Assembly: GCF_006345805.1 (NCBI RefSeq)
Contig: NC_043009.1
Location: forward strand, 69,936,001-70,000,000
Origin: Octopus sinensis
Taxonomy: Eukaryota
Direction of reading: 5' to 3'
DNA: 64,000 nucleotides
Part shown: piece by piece, positions 1 to 11,523 of the stretch
Numbering within the stretch: the first letter of the stretch is position 1
Layout: each line of letters opens with the position of its first letter
Made by a program: the position numbers and the translations under genes
The notes under the pieces: model-generated
The model's input: the letters and a program-made list of their open reading frames with translations, nothing else
What the model was told of the DNA's origin: nothing
The model's database searches: none

Positions 1-853
1 CTAAGACAGATCGATATGTAATATTTTCCTTTTACAAAACATGTCACCCTGTCTTTATGCATGAATGCGTAAGCGTGTGTTTGCAGGCATGCACATGTAT
101 ATCATACAGGTAGTCTTGCAAGTTTACATACACACACGTACAAAGTGTGGTTACGCGGCTAAACTGTTCCTTTGGCTATTACATGGTTTTAGCTTCATTC
201 TTATTGCGCAGCACCAGGCAACTGTGTTTCCTATTATAATCAGACTTTGACCAATTCTTTGTGAATTTGGTACACGGAAACTGTAGAAGCTTGTGTGTGT
301 GTGTGCTTGAGTTTGTGTATGTGTGCGCGAATGTAAGATTGTCAATTCAAATGTGTGTGTAAACAAAGACCCCTGGTACCAAACGGAAGGGATCACAGAA
401 AAACGAAATTGCTGGAATTTAGAAATGTGTGAAAAAATCCAAATCTTCTGTTTTATGCCTATAAATTATATCAAAACACACAGGTTAATTAATCTGAAGA
501 ATCGCTGAGGTAAATTTGTTGTATATAGCATCTTGTTTCCATTTGTGACAGAGGTTGATACCTACGTACACATACGACGACGTTAGCTTTGTGTGAGAGT
601 TAATAATTATAGTTTAAAAAATTAAATAGTCAAACAAAAAATGTAGTCGGCTTTAGATTCACACAAAACTGCTTCATACAAGTATGCTGATTAACCAATA
701 GACAAAATTTACATTTAGTTGTCTAATACCAAAATTTGGCTCCATGAAAAATTAATTCAAACGCCCTTGAGCTATTTATACAATTTTTAACAGAAAATCG
801 CGAGCAAAATTACTACACAACCTGCCAGAAATGCAGGCTTCACAATCACATAC

Positions 854-889
854 CTGAAGAGGTTTTTGGACTCACCCAGATGTGAATTC
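854..889 (-). CDS. Candidate 36-nt internal exon (phase 2-2; W-NSHLGESKNLF); alternative internal donor gives a 14-nt exon (876-889)
   Basis: Minus-strand acceptor ttattttatgctgcag; two consensus donors (G|gtgagt and CAG|gtatgt); open frame continuous with the 4549-4653 exon. Confidence 0.4.
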
Positions 890-1165
890 CTGCAGCATAA
901 AATAATTCCATAAATGCCTAACACAAACGGCATAAACTAATCATAGCTTCTAGAATCTAATTGAAGCTTGTCACACACACAAAAGAAACTAGGTGTACCG
1001 TTATCTCTGCTTATAAAGGTTAGTTAAGGTCTAGCTAATTTGTTAGTTTCACAGCTTGGCTATTAACACCTATCTTCCCCCATTTGGCCAATGGACTTCA
1101 TTCTGACCTTATAGTGCAGCATGAAAAGCTGTTTACTTGTTTAACTTAACATTATACGATAAAAC

Positions 1166-1487
1166 AAAATGCTTAGCGGTATTTCGTCTGCCGTTACGTT
1201 GTGAGTTCAAATTCCGCCGAGGTCGACTTTACCTTTCATCCTTTCGGGGTCGATAAATTAAGTACCAGTTACGCACTGGGGTCGATGTCTGTCCTTGTTT
1301 GTCCCTTCTATGTTTAGCCCCTTGTGGGTAATAAAGAAATAGGAATTTCGTCTGCGTTATGTTCTGAGTTCAAATTCCGCCGAGGTCGACTTTGTCTTTT
1401 ATCCTTGGGGTCGATAAATTATGTACCAGTTACGCACTGGCCCCTTTCCTCCAACTTTCGGACCTTGTGCCTAGAGTATAAAAGAAC
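1166..1487 (+). mobile_element. tRNA-derived SINE family A, dimeric form, 5'-truncated
   Basis: B-box-like GAGTTCAAATTCC twice; shared body gtcgactttgcctttcatcctttcggggtcgataaattaagtaccag seen in more than 15 places in the window. Confidence 0.9.
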
Positions 1488-1879
1488 GTTATACGATAAA
1501 ATGTTTTTATCGTTTTCATAATTTCCTAACAGTGTGTGTGTGTGTGTGAGCGTTTGTATGTGTGTGTGTGTAAGTATGATTGTAGGTGTGTTTATATGCA
1601 TGCACGGGCGTTTATGGAATGTATACAAATGAAAGTGAAAGGGACCAGCCCCACTCCCTCAGGCATTTCACTCGGATGTATTTGAAATGGTGATTAGATC
1701 AAACATCAGTTGTCTTAGCATTTAACAGAAAACTCATCAAATTCATATATTCATTGAATATAATCATAATAAATTATAATTTATGTAATTATATGTAATC
1801 ATAAGAAATTATAATGAATTAATTGCGTTTATTGTAAATTTATACTTAATTTATAATTGTCAAATATTGATATTAGTAT

Positions 1880-1902
1880 TTGTCTTTATATATATATGTA
1901 TG

Positions 1903-1940
<38 letters not shown>

Positions 1941-1957
1941 GTGTATATTTATATATA

Positions 1958-2004
<47 letters not shown>

Positions 2005-2055
2005 GTATATATATATATACAAGTATGTATGTATGTATATATATATATATATCTG

Positions 2056-2091
<36 letters not shown>

Positions 2092-2093
2092 TG

Positions 2094-2135
<42 letters not shown>

Positions 2136-2160
2136 TATATATTTATGTATGTATATATAC
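1880..2160. repeat. (TA)n/(TATG)n compound microsatellite; one of dozens of (TA)n, (CA)n, (GA)n, (TATC)n, (ATAC)n and (ATT)n tracts across the window
   Basis: Directly visible; source of the YI/CV/HT pseudo-ORFs. Confidence 0.98.
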
Positions 2161-2858
2161 TTTCTCTTTTTGCGAAACTATGTGTTAAATAAAATTTGAC
2201 AGAATTTGAAAATAGAAAATACAAAAAGTTTAATAAAAAAAAAGTACGTAACGAGATTCCATTATGTTAAGCTTAATTACATTTTCGAAAAGACATAATA
2301 AGATTTGCGAAAATAATTGAAATAATGACCAGAAGAAAGAAAGAAAGAAAGAAAGAATCGTGCATTAAAGGTAATGAAAATGATGGAGTTGGACGAAGTG
2401 TTTAATGTTGTTTTGAAGAGTATATTATTTGAATGAGTAAATTGTGGGGGACATCATTTCCTCTCTAAGAACAGTTTTTAATAAATTTCCTAATTTTGAT
2501 AAGACACAAATACCAAGTAAACACTTGCTGATATATCTCTCCGTCTCTCCACCCCACTATCTCTCCTCCCTCTCTGTCTCTCCACCCCACTCCACTCTAC
2601 CCTCCGCTCTCATTCTCTCTGTCTCTCCACCCCACTCTCTCCTCCCTCCCCTCTCTCTCTCTTTCTTTCTCCCTTTCTCTATTTCTCCCCCTCTCCCTTC
2701 CCCCTCTCTCATTCTCTCTCTCTCTCCCCCTCTCTCTCTCAGCCTCACAAATTGTCTTCTGTCGCACTCTTGTAGTTGTGTTCAAAAGTTCTTTAGTCAG
2801 TCTTAGCAATTAAAACCACTTTAGGACGCCGTGCACGCACGTGTATGTCTGAGTGTAC

Positions 2859-2892
<34 letters not shown>

Positions 2893-3996
2893 GTGTGTGT
2901 GTGCGCGTTTGTTTACATGCATAAGTGTGAGCGCATTTATCTTTAATCTCTCTCTTTCGACAATCGCACCAGCACTCGATGTAAATTCTACTTATTCGTT
3001 GTTGAAACGACCGAGAAAGATAAACGTTTTTAATCAGGAAATAGAAAAGAAACAGCAGCCGACATTTCACTACACATGAAAGTTTTGTGCCTGGTGGTGG
3101 TGGTGCGAGATATACTTCCGTTGCTGTTTTCTTTTCTTTCTAATTGTCTCATTTTATAGATTTTAGTCAATAATTATCACACCATAACGAAAAAAAGAAA
3201 AAAAAAAGAAAACGTTACAGTTAGATTTTACTGTAGAATATTTTATCCCCAGTCAAACGCGGGTGTTCGGTTGGCGTCGACTCTTCTGCAATAAATACGA
3301 TGAGAGAATCTCTCACATTGACTTTGTTTGTATGGTTAGTGAAAAAATGAATCCCCGCCACCCCCAGCGCCGAGACCCCCGAACCACATGGTTTCGACCT
3401 TCCTTGGTCTTCTCAATGATGGATGCCCGACGCTTAGCGATAGCAGCGACCCATCTCCCGGTCAGTGATGTATATATATAAAAAAAAAAAACATTGCCAG
3501 AACAGGCGCTAGTGACGCAATTAGTCAATGAGCTTGTTAGAAAATGTATTAGCGACAGAGTCTGTATTAATACCGAGAAGTAATCTTTATCCCCAGTTAA
3601 ATGTGGATGTTCTGTGAAAACAAACTATACTGCGCTAGATACCACGAGAGAAACTCTCATATTGGCTTTTGGTGCAAAATGCACACTCGTCTACATCGCT
3701 GGAACTGTATCAATGTGACCTTATCCGTTAATCGTCAGATGATAAAGAAGCTTTTCTTGTCTTCTTATTGTTATTTAGTGGGGAATCGTCTTAAAAGGAT
3801 CTCAGCTATTCCAGCCGTGTCCATTCCATTTATTTAAATCCGTATTTCCCAGAAATACAATATCAAATGCACCATTTTCTTGTCACACTCAGAAGTAGTG
3901 AACGTCTTTCTTCTTGGGGCGTGAGTTTCAATAAATGGTTTGACGCTCGTTATGCATAAATTAAAAAAGAGCGTGTGTGTGTGTGCGCGTGTGTAC

Positions 3997-4430
3997 CTTT
4001 TATCTGTTACTTCTTTCAGTCTTTAGACTGCAACCATGCTGGAGCACTATCTTGAAGGACTTTAGCCGAACGAATCGACGCCATGACTTCGTCTTCAAAA
4101 CCTCGTACTTATTCTGTGGGCATATTTTGCCGAACCACTGAGTTACAGGGACGGAAACAACCCAGCACCGGTTGGCAAGCGGTGATGGAAGACAAATGTA
4201 GATATAAAGACAGTCATGCACATAAACACAGACAGACACGCGCACGCGCGCACACACACACACATAGACGACGGACTTCATTTAGCTCTTCCGTCAACCG
4301 AATCCATTCACAAGGATTTGCTCAGTCCGACGCTATAATAGAAATCACCTTGCCTAAGGTGCAATGCAGTGGGATTGAACACAGAACCATAAGGTTGCGA
4401 AATAAACTTCTTAACACACAGCCACACCTT
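3997..4430 (-). mobile_element. SINE family B (tRNA head plus CORE-like ttgggcaagtgtctt segment), diverged
   Basis: Reverse complement matches the copies at 24129, 29905 and 35655. Confidence 0.85.
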
Positions 4431-4548
4431 AACACAGAGCATTAAACAGCGGTTTTAAATAATTCGAAATGGATTGAGAGCCATGTTTTTTTTTGTGATG
4501 AATATAAAATGTTAGCCCCGCAGCGTAAAGTAAGTAAAATGATCTTAC

Positions 4549-4653
4549 CATGCTTTGTTTCTTTGCATTCGGAAGAATTTGCTAATTTCAGGTTTTCTTA
4601 GTTCTTCCTCAGTGAAAGAATCCCCAGGGGTGCACAGCGATAGAGATTGTTTG
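4549..4653 (-). CDS. Candidate 105-nt internal exon (phase 2-2): KQSLSLCTPGDSFTEEELRKPEISKFFRMQRNKA
   Basis: Donor ATG|gtaaga; acceptor ctctaag (weak pyrimidine tract); only one frame open; length divisible by 3; non-repetitive composition. Confidence 0.4.
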
Positions 4654-5430
4654 CTTAGAGTTATTTATAATGGATGACTACCAGGGCAGAGCTAAATAGT
4701 TACGTCAATCAATGGATATTAAACGTCATCATAAAATAATAGTCCAACTGAGTCTCGTATGTTATTCTGCTACCGTTTATGTATTTAAACCCGTAAACAA
4801 TCGCTATCTTTGTCAGGGAACGAAACCGTAATGACGGAAAAAAGAAACTAGACTAAAAGTAAATAGTAAATGAATATAAAGTAAAATAGAGAAGACTTGC
4901 GTTATAAAAAAATGACAAGTGTTTAAGAAAGTTACATTGATGCTGTTCCCTTTTTATATGCTATTTTGGCAGTAAAAAGTTGTAAGTTAAGAAAATATGA
5001 AATTATAAAAACGAATGTTATATTTCTTGGCTCCCTCTAGACTTGGCACAACCTTAAAAGTTTCAAAATAACCGTGAAATTAAACAGTTCCCTGGAAACT
5101 TAACTTCTACTGTTAAGATTATACCTTTTAATACTGACTTCTTAATTTCTTTCGATCTGAAGTTCATATTTCAATTAATGTCAGCAATGAAATTCTCACC
5201 GTAACGTTAATGCAATCTTGAGAAATGCACATGTAATTCATATTAATAGATCTTTCTAGATTTTGATTATATTGAAAAAAACAGTTGAAATGTTAGTCCC
5301 TAGTGAGGATGAAGATTGTCAGAGCAGACAGAAGGACGGACCATGCTTTTTTTTTTAAATTTAAAACAATGAAACACAGAAAGCATGAATACATTCATTG
5401 AAACTATCTTCTCAAATACCGAAGTTTAAC

Positions 5431-5817
5431 GGGCGCGAAATTTTGGTGGAGGCTGGGGCCAGTCGATTAGATCGACCCCAGTACGCAACTGGTACTTAAT
5501 ATATCAAGCCCGAAAGGGTGAAAAGCAAAGTCGACCTCGGCGGAATTTGAACTCAGAACGTAAAAAACAGACGAAATACCTATTTCTTTACTACCCACAA
5601 GGGGCTAAACACTGAGGGGACAAACAAGAACAGACAAAGGGATTAAGTCAATTATATCGACCCCAGTGCGTAACCGGTACTTATTTAATCGACCCCGAAA
5701 GGATGAAAGGCAAAGTCGACCTCGGCGGAATTTGAACTCAGAACGTAACGGCAGACGAAATACCGCTAAGCATTTCGCCCGGCGTGCTAACGTTTCTGCC
5801 AGCTCCTCGCCGCCTTA
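5431..5817 (-). mobile_element. SINE family A, dimeric, near full length
   Basis: Head ggcggcgaggagctggcagaaacgttagc on minus strand; two B-box-like motifs. Confidence 0.92.
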
Positions 5818-6154
5818 GTATACGGCAGATATTAGCAAAGAACGTTGGTTATATAGGAAAGTGGTAGGCAAGCAGAGACTACATAAGGTCTTATTAATGT
5901 ATACAGTTCATGACATGTTTTGCATTTCAGACGAGGAGACTTTCACTGAACACAGTTGGTTTGGTCCTGGCCTCCAGGTAGACATGTGCCGAGAAGGGTT
6001 GAAAAGTAGGTTGGCTAATCTCCCCTGTAAATTGGCAGAGAAGAAATTAAGTTGGAGGTCAGGTCGTGAACGCTTAGATCACACCAGTCTCAATACCGCC
6101 CGACCGTCGTCGTATCCTAACCCCCATAAAGCTTTGCGTCAGTTGTTCGACTTC

Positions 6155-6520
6155 GACTTTCATCTTTTCGAGGTCGATTAAATTAGTACCAGTTACGCAC
6201 TGGGGTCGATGTAATCGACTTAATCCTTTCCCCCAAATTTGAAGCCTTGTGTTTCTAGTAGAAAGGATTATTATTATTATTATTATTATTATTATTGGGA
6301 GAATCGTTAACACGGTGAGTAAAATGCTTAGCGGTATTTCGCGCCCGTTGCTACGTTCTGAATTCAAATTCCACCGAGGTCGACTTTGCCTTTCATCCTT
6401 TCGGGGTCGATAAATTAAGTACCAATGAAACACTGGCGTCCATGTGATCGACTATACCCCTACCCCAAATTTCAAGCCTTGTGCCTATAATAAGAAAGGA
6501 TTATTATTATTATTATTATT
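6155..6520 (+). mobile_element. Two tandem SINE A copies, each ending in an (ATT)n tail
   Basis: Body match; second copy begins in the ATT tail of the first. Confidence 0.9.
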
Positions 6521-6552
6521 ATGTAATTAGCAATGTTTTCAAGGAGTTATCA

Positions 6553-6711
6553 TTATTATTATTATTATTATCATTATTATTATTATTATTATTAACGTAC
6601 TGTAGTCTGGGTGCCCCTCTCCCCACTGTTTATCATTTCTTTCCTCTCGTCTGCATAATTTTCCTCATAGATATCCATACGACAAGAGGAAATTGCTTTA
6701 AGTAAGAAGAA
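6553..6711 (-). mobile_element. Short retroposed insert with (AAT)n tail flanked by a 32-bp direct repeat (probable TSD)
   Basis: atgtaattagcaatgttttcaaggagttatca at 6521-6552 and 6712-6743. Confidence 0.6.
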
Positions 6712-7247
6712 ATGTAATTAGCAATGTTTTCAAGGAGTTATCAATTAATTATATTGAAGCGTTTGTTGTAATAGTTTTTGAAGAGATAACAACATCGAAT
6801 GGAGATGGAGGAGGGCAAAAAAATAGCTAAAAGAAATAAATAGAAAGAGTGTAGTGAAGATTGGTGGTGAGATAAACATAAAAAAAAAGTAGAGAAAGAA
6901 AAAAATATGGAAACCAGGCAAAGAAAAAAAAAACAGAGAAACATATAAGAAATTCCGATAGACAAGTAAATAGTTGTTTGGCATTGGTAATCAGTTGTGC
7001 TAATATTTCTTTGTCTGTTTTCAGCTCAGAAAACAAAGAAAGCTAAAGAAATGTTTAACAATGAAAGACGACGCTAATTTCTCAAGCAATTCATTTGTAT
7101 CTGCAAGTACGAAGAGGGGTTAAGTTCAAACCGGTCGTTCATCGTTACCAGACTGTTTCGTTGTTGTTATTGTGTATTCAGCATCAGATTCTTAATCGCT
7201 TAGTTATGGCTTCATTCATTCGCTTCGTTTGCTGTCTGTTTCAGGCA

Positions 7248-7286
7248 ATTGGCTTTTTCGGCGCCATTTACGGAATGGCGACCAAT
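7248..7286. promoter_or_regulatory. Symmetric CCAAT / YY1-like motif cluster
   Basis: ATTGG ... CGCCATT-tacgg-AATGGCG a CCAAT; function inferred only from motif identity. Confidence 0.25.
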
Positions 7287-7559
7287 GAAGCTGATTTCAA
7301 CCTCTGTATAAGGCAATGATGCACGTCTGACAGCTTGACCTTGTTTTTTTTTTCTTATTATTATTTTAATTTAATTTTATTCTGCTCTTTCAATTCTTTC
7401 ATCGTGAAACCATTCCAACTGATGCTTCGACATACTACTAAATTCCTTTTATTTCGTTAATAAGGTTTCAAAGATCAAAACTGTTCGGTATACTTAACGT
7501 CAAGTTCCGTGTATTGTGTTTATATTTTAATAATTATGATTAATGTCTTCCGTATGACA

Positions 7560-7760
7560 GCAGTCTTATAGAAAGAGATTCCATGATATATTCACATCAG
7601 CCTGGCCATATGACAAGCCCATTGTTTCTATTATTTCCTCTCTTGCCAAACAATTCCCACAAAATTCAATTTATATCGTTTGATATATTTTCGCAGCATT
7701 TGCTCGACAACTCTATGAGAGTGCAGTTGCTGTGAATCTGCAATATCGCTGCATTAATAA
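7560..7760 (-). pseudogene. Possible decayed RTE-type LINE ORF2 C-terminal fragment
   Basis: Minus frame ...KQWACHMARL resembles the RTE W-AGHVAR motif; several stops. Confidence 0.25.
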
Positions 7761-8496
7761 CTCAGTAAGGAATGGCAAATATAATATATTAATGTTGCTG
7801 ACCTGTAGTTCTGGAGAGACTGTCCAAAGATAGGCGTCTGATATTATTATAGCAACAATGGGGTAATCAGTGGCAGGCTCCACGAGAGATATTTTCCTGA
7901 ATTTTCCTGACCAGATTTAGTAATTAACATAATGATTGCATTCATCACTAAAAGTTAAATATTAGATAATTAAAATATTTTGGATTACTATATCAAGTAT
8001 GTTTGCGCGTTGTTAATTACGTTATCTTCTGACCTTTCCTTCGTTGATTCCGGTTCCTTGTAAGACCAGAATAAAACGCTGAGTTCAGTGGCCGAGGGTT
8101 CCTTCTTCTTTACAATTGCCGAGTCAGATGAATGGAGAAAACCATTGCTTTGGTATTAAGTTCTCATATGAACGCAGAATAAAAGTTTGAGAAAAGAAGT
8201 TTGGTGAATAGAGTACTAACCCACTTTGGACTAAGGCTTTAAGGAACGACACTGAAAAGGCGATTGGCAAAGTACTTCGGTGGGATTCGAACTTAGGGAG
8301 CAAAGAGTTGGAAGAAATACCGTAAAGGATTCAATCTACGTTTTAACGATTTCGGAAATCTGTCTCCTTGGTGATATGCTGCATGGAGACAGAAGCTCCA
8401 TTAGTGTTCTTGCTACAACCGAAAGTTGAGGAGATTAAAAAAGTCAACAAAACTGAACTTAAAAGAACTTTACAATATCGGTCAAAGTTCAGACGT

Positions 8497-8645
8497 TTTG
8501 AGAGTGGGAGGAGGTGATTAGGTCGAACAAAATACTTAATTGGTATTTTGTTCAACTCGGAAAGAAGAGAGAAGCAAAAAGGACTTCAGTGCGATTTGAA
8601 CTCAGAACATAAAGGGACGTAATTAAATATAGCAAAGCATGCTCT
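8497..8645 (-). mobile_element. Degraded SINE A fragment
   Basis: gatttgaactcagaacataaag matches the family B-box region. Confidence 0.65.
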
Positions 8646-8702
8646 GCCGAGTCTGAAATCTTGATAGCACTATCCCCCTCCTCATCAGCATCATCATCAT
8701 CA

Positions 8703-8736
<34 letters not shown>

Positions 8737-9477
8737 CATTCTTTAATCTTTAATTTAGCATTAAATTAGCATGCTGAGGTTATTCTTCAAGACTTTAGAA
8801 GAAATTAACAGGGTGAAAGAATGTTGCTGGTGTTTCTGATCAGACCAGCGATGACGCCGCGTATCGAAGACAATTCTGTATTATCTAATTGTCTTTCTCT
8901 ATTCAAGATGGCCATGGTCATTTGAATGAGATTTGGCTGCTATTCGAAGAATGGCTAGTGAGTATCTAGGGGCTGTCTAGTAGGCGTGTTAGAAAGGAAG
9001 GTGTACAACGAGGAGAAGGATCTACCGTCGAAAAGATATTTTGAAATGAATCTGATTCCTGGTCGAAGACAATAAATTTCTCTTGCGTAACAAATATTCT
9101 TCAGAAAGACATAAAGTAACACACATTAGCTTTTCTCTTTCGGGTAGATTATCATAGTAACACTTTAGTGACAATCGTCTTAGAATAATTAGTAGGTAAG
9201 AATCTTGTGTATAGAATACATTACGTATTGATAGTTTCAAAATTTACGTAATATTTGTGGTTTTAGACATTAGAGTGGCGTTTCAACAGACTTGCATTAA
9301 AGGTGAACTCTTACATTGTGCGTTGCCCAGACGTTTTTTTTTTTTTGTTTTTTGCTTATACTGGGAGGCAAGAAAAAGTAAATAAAGCTAAACAAAGACT
9401 GGTTAGAGGGTGAGCACGAAAATACTAGAAAGAGAGAATCGTGAGAAATGTACAGGAATTAGGAGGTACCGGCGGGT

Positions 9478-9783
9478 AAAGTGGGAAATATAGAAAACCC
9501 GGTTACGACGACGAGGGACCCAGTTAATCCGATCGGCGGAACCGGCTGCTCGTGAAATTAACGTGCAAGTGACTGAGCACTCCACAAGCACGTGTACCCT
9601 TAACGTAGAACTCAGGGAGATTCAGTGTGACACAGAATGTGACAAGGCTGGTGCTTTGAAATAAAGGTACTACTCGCTTTTGCCAGCTGAGTGGACTGGA
9701 GCAATGTGAAATAAAGTGTCTTGCTCAAGGACACAACGACCTCACGATCGTGAGCCGCATGCCCTAACCACTAAGCCACGCAC
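9478..9783 (-). mobile_element. SINE family D (tRNA head plus CORE-like gtgtccttgagcaagacact segment)
   Basis: A-box tggcttagtgg; related degraded copy at 56970-57112 on + strand. Confidence 0.8.
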
Positions 9784-9794
9784 ATTTACTACAC

Positions 9795-9826
<32 letters not shown>

Positions 9827-9851
9827 ATCTATCTATCTATCTATCTATCTA

Positions 9852-9884
<33 letters not shown>

Positions 9885-9934
9885 TTGTCTGTCTGTCTGA
9901 CTGTCTGTCTTCTGTCTGTCTGTCAATCTATCTG

Positions 9935-9974
<40 letters not shown>

Positions 9975-10535
9975 CCTTTCTATCTATTTCTATCTATACG
10001 TTTTGTGTGTATAAGACCGGGCGTTGTTTGTGTGGAGAAATCCGAAACTAGTTTAACTAATATCGTCGCTATTTTTTCTGTGTGTAGTAGTAGTAGTAGT
10101 AGTAGCATTGCTTAGATATTGATGGCTCGCATTCTCCTCATATTCACACTTCCAGGTTCGGTAAGTACGAATCAAATCGTGGTGTCAATTTACGAAATAA
10201 AAACATGTAGCTTTGTGTCAGTGCCAGAAAACTGTATTAATGATATATTTTAGTTCATTGATATAATTTCTTACAATTTGTTGATGAAATAACACGCCTG
10301 TTTACCGACTTGTTAACTAGACTGCAAAGAAGCAGAAAACTGCTTTCAAGGCTCTACCCAGATAATGTTTAGCGTTATATCTGGGGTTCCACGGTTCCTC
10401 AGTTCTATTCAGTTGAATAATATTTAATCCTGTATACTGCAAATCAATCTTTAATCACGTCTAAATTTCATAATCCCTACACGTCTAAATTTCATAGAAA
10501 ATACACTCAACACACACACACACACTCAACACACA

Positions 10536-10583
<48 letters not shown>

Positions 10584-10948
10584 CGTCACTCAATGCTATT
10601 TACTTGATAATAAAGGGTACAAACAAAGTATAAATCAGCATAGAACATTTATTGTAAGGTCTCTTTACAGCTTTATTTGTACACTTTCTTACGAAGTAAA
10701 TATCTCCGAGTGACGCCAAATGCCCTTGTTTGTCCGTCTTCCATTCTTGATCTATTTACACCCTTTGAGTCAGGTACCGTTTTTTGGGGGGCGGATTGGA
10801 TGGGCAGCTAAAACTCCTTATTTCCATTTGCACTTCAGACTGGAATTTTACTGCCAAACCCATCTGAGCACTCATTGTATATACACATTATTTAGGTGGT
10901 ACACTCCTTGCATTCTCTCTTTCCCTCTCTCTCCCTCCCTCTTCCCTC

Positions 10949-11024
<76 letters not shown>

Positions 11025-11027
<3 letters not shown>

Positions 11028-11210
11028 AGAGTTTACGAAAAAAAACAAAAGACGAAGACAGGTGGTGTACAAAACAAACAGATGTATTAGTATAACGCTC
11101 AGGAATAGAAAAGTCTTTTACGTTTCGAGCCTACGCTCCTCTACAGAAACGGACACAGAAAAAACAAGGAGAGAAAAAAATGTCTGTAGTGGCAAACGAT
11201 CTATCATGGC
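11025..11210 (+). mobile_element. Penelope-like non-coding terminal-repeat fragment, family P1 (other copies 18895-19025 +, 38812-38880 -, 49205-49390 +)
   Basis: Four homologous copies, each adjacent to (TA)n; carries an HHR-like motif typical of Penelope pLTRs. Confidence 0.65.
11114..11151 (-). ncRNA. Minimal type I hammerhead-like motif, family P1 copy 1 (CUGUAGA core)
   Basis: UUU CUGUAGA G GAGC-GUAG-GCUC GAAA CG U A| AAA; partial helix I. Confidence 0.5.
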
Positions 11211-11262
<52 letters not shown>

Positions 11263-11271
11263 TATATATAT

Positions 11272-11465
11272 AACGGAGTAAACACATAAATGTGAAACAA
11301 GGTGGAAAAAAGAGTACTCAAATACCAGTGGTAGAGTAATATGCTTTATTTAAAGCAACAGAAAATCCAACAAAACTGTTTCTCTGAGTTTCACGTTGCC
11401 GATCGGCAACGTGAAACTCAGAGTAAAAAGGTTTGTTGAATTTTCTGCTGCTTTAAATAAAGTAC

Positions 11466-11467
<2 letters not shown>
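11272..11467 (+). mobile_element. Penelope-like repeat family P2 ending in a fold-back palindrome (11341-11467)
   Basis: Perfect 21-bp inner arms centred on ga|tc at 11402/11403, about 85% identity further out; homologous to 15300-15645 (-) and 17520-17830 (+). Confidence 0.7.

Positions 11468-11523
<56 letters not shown>

Noticed and set aside
1857-2224. Long ORFs rich in YI, CV, HT, LS and IYLS repeats here and throughout the ORF track
   Set aside because: Translations of (TA)n, (TG)n, (TC)n and (TATC)n microsatellites, which lack stops in some frames
7245-7319. Peptide AIGFFGAIYG resembling a viral fusion peptide
   Set aside because: Six-residue match in a short frame with no viral context; better explained by the CCAAT/YY1-like DNA motifs or chance
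10122-10166. MARILLIFTLPGS|gtaagt signal-peptide-like start exon
   Set aside because: Only 13 codons, no promoter features or compatible downstream exon identified; not enough to call
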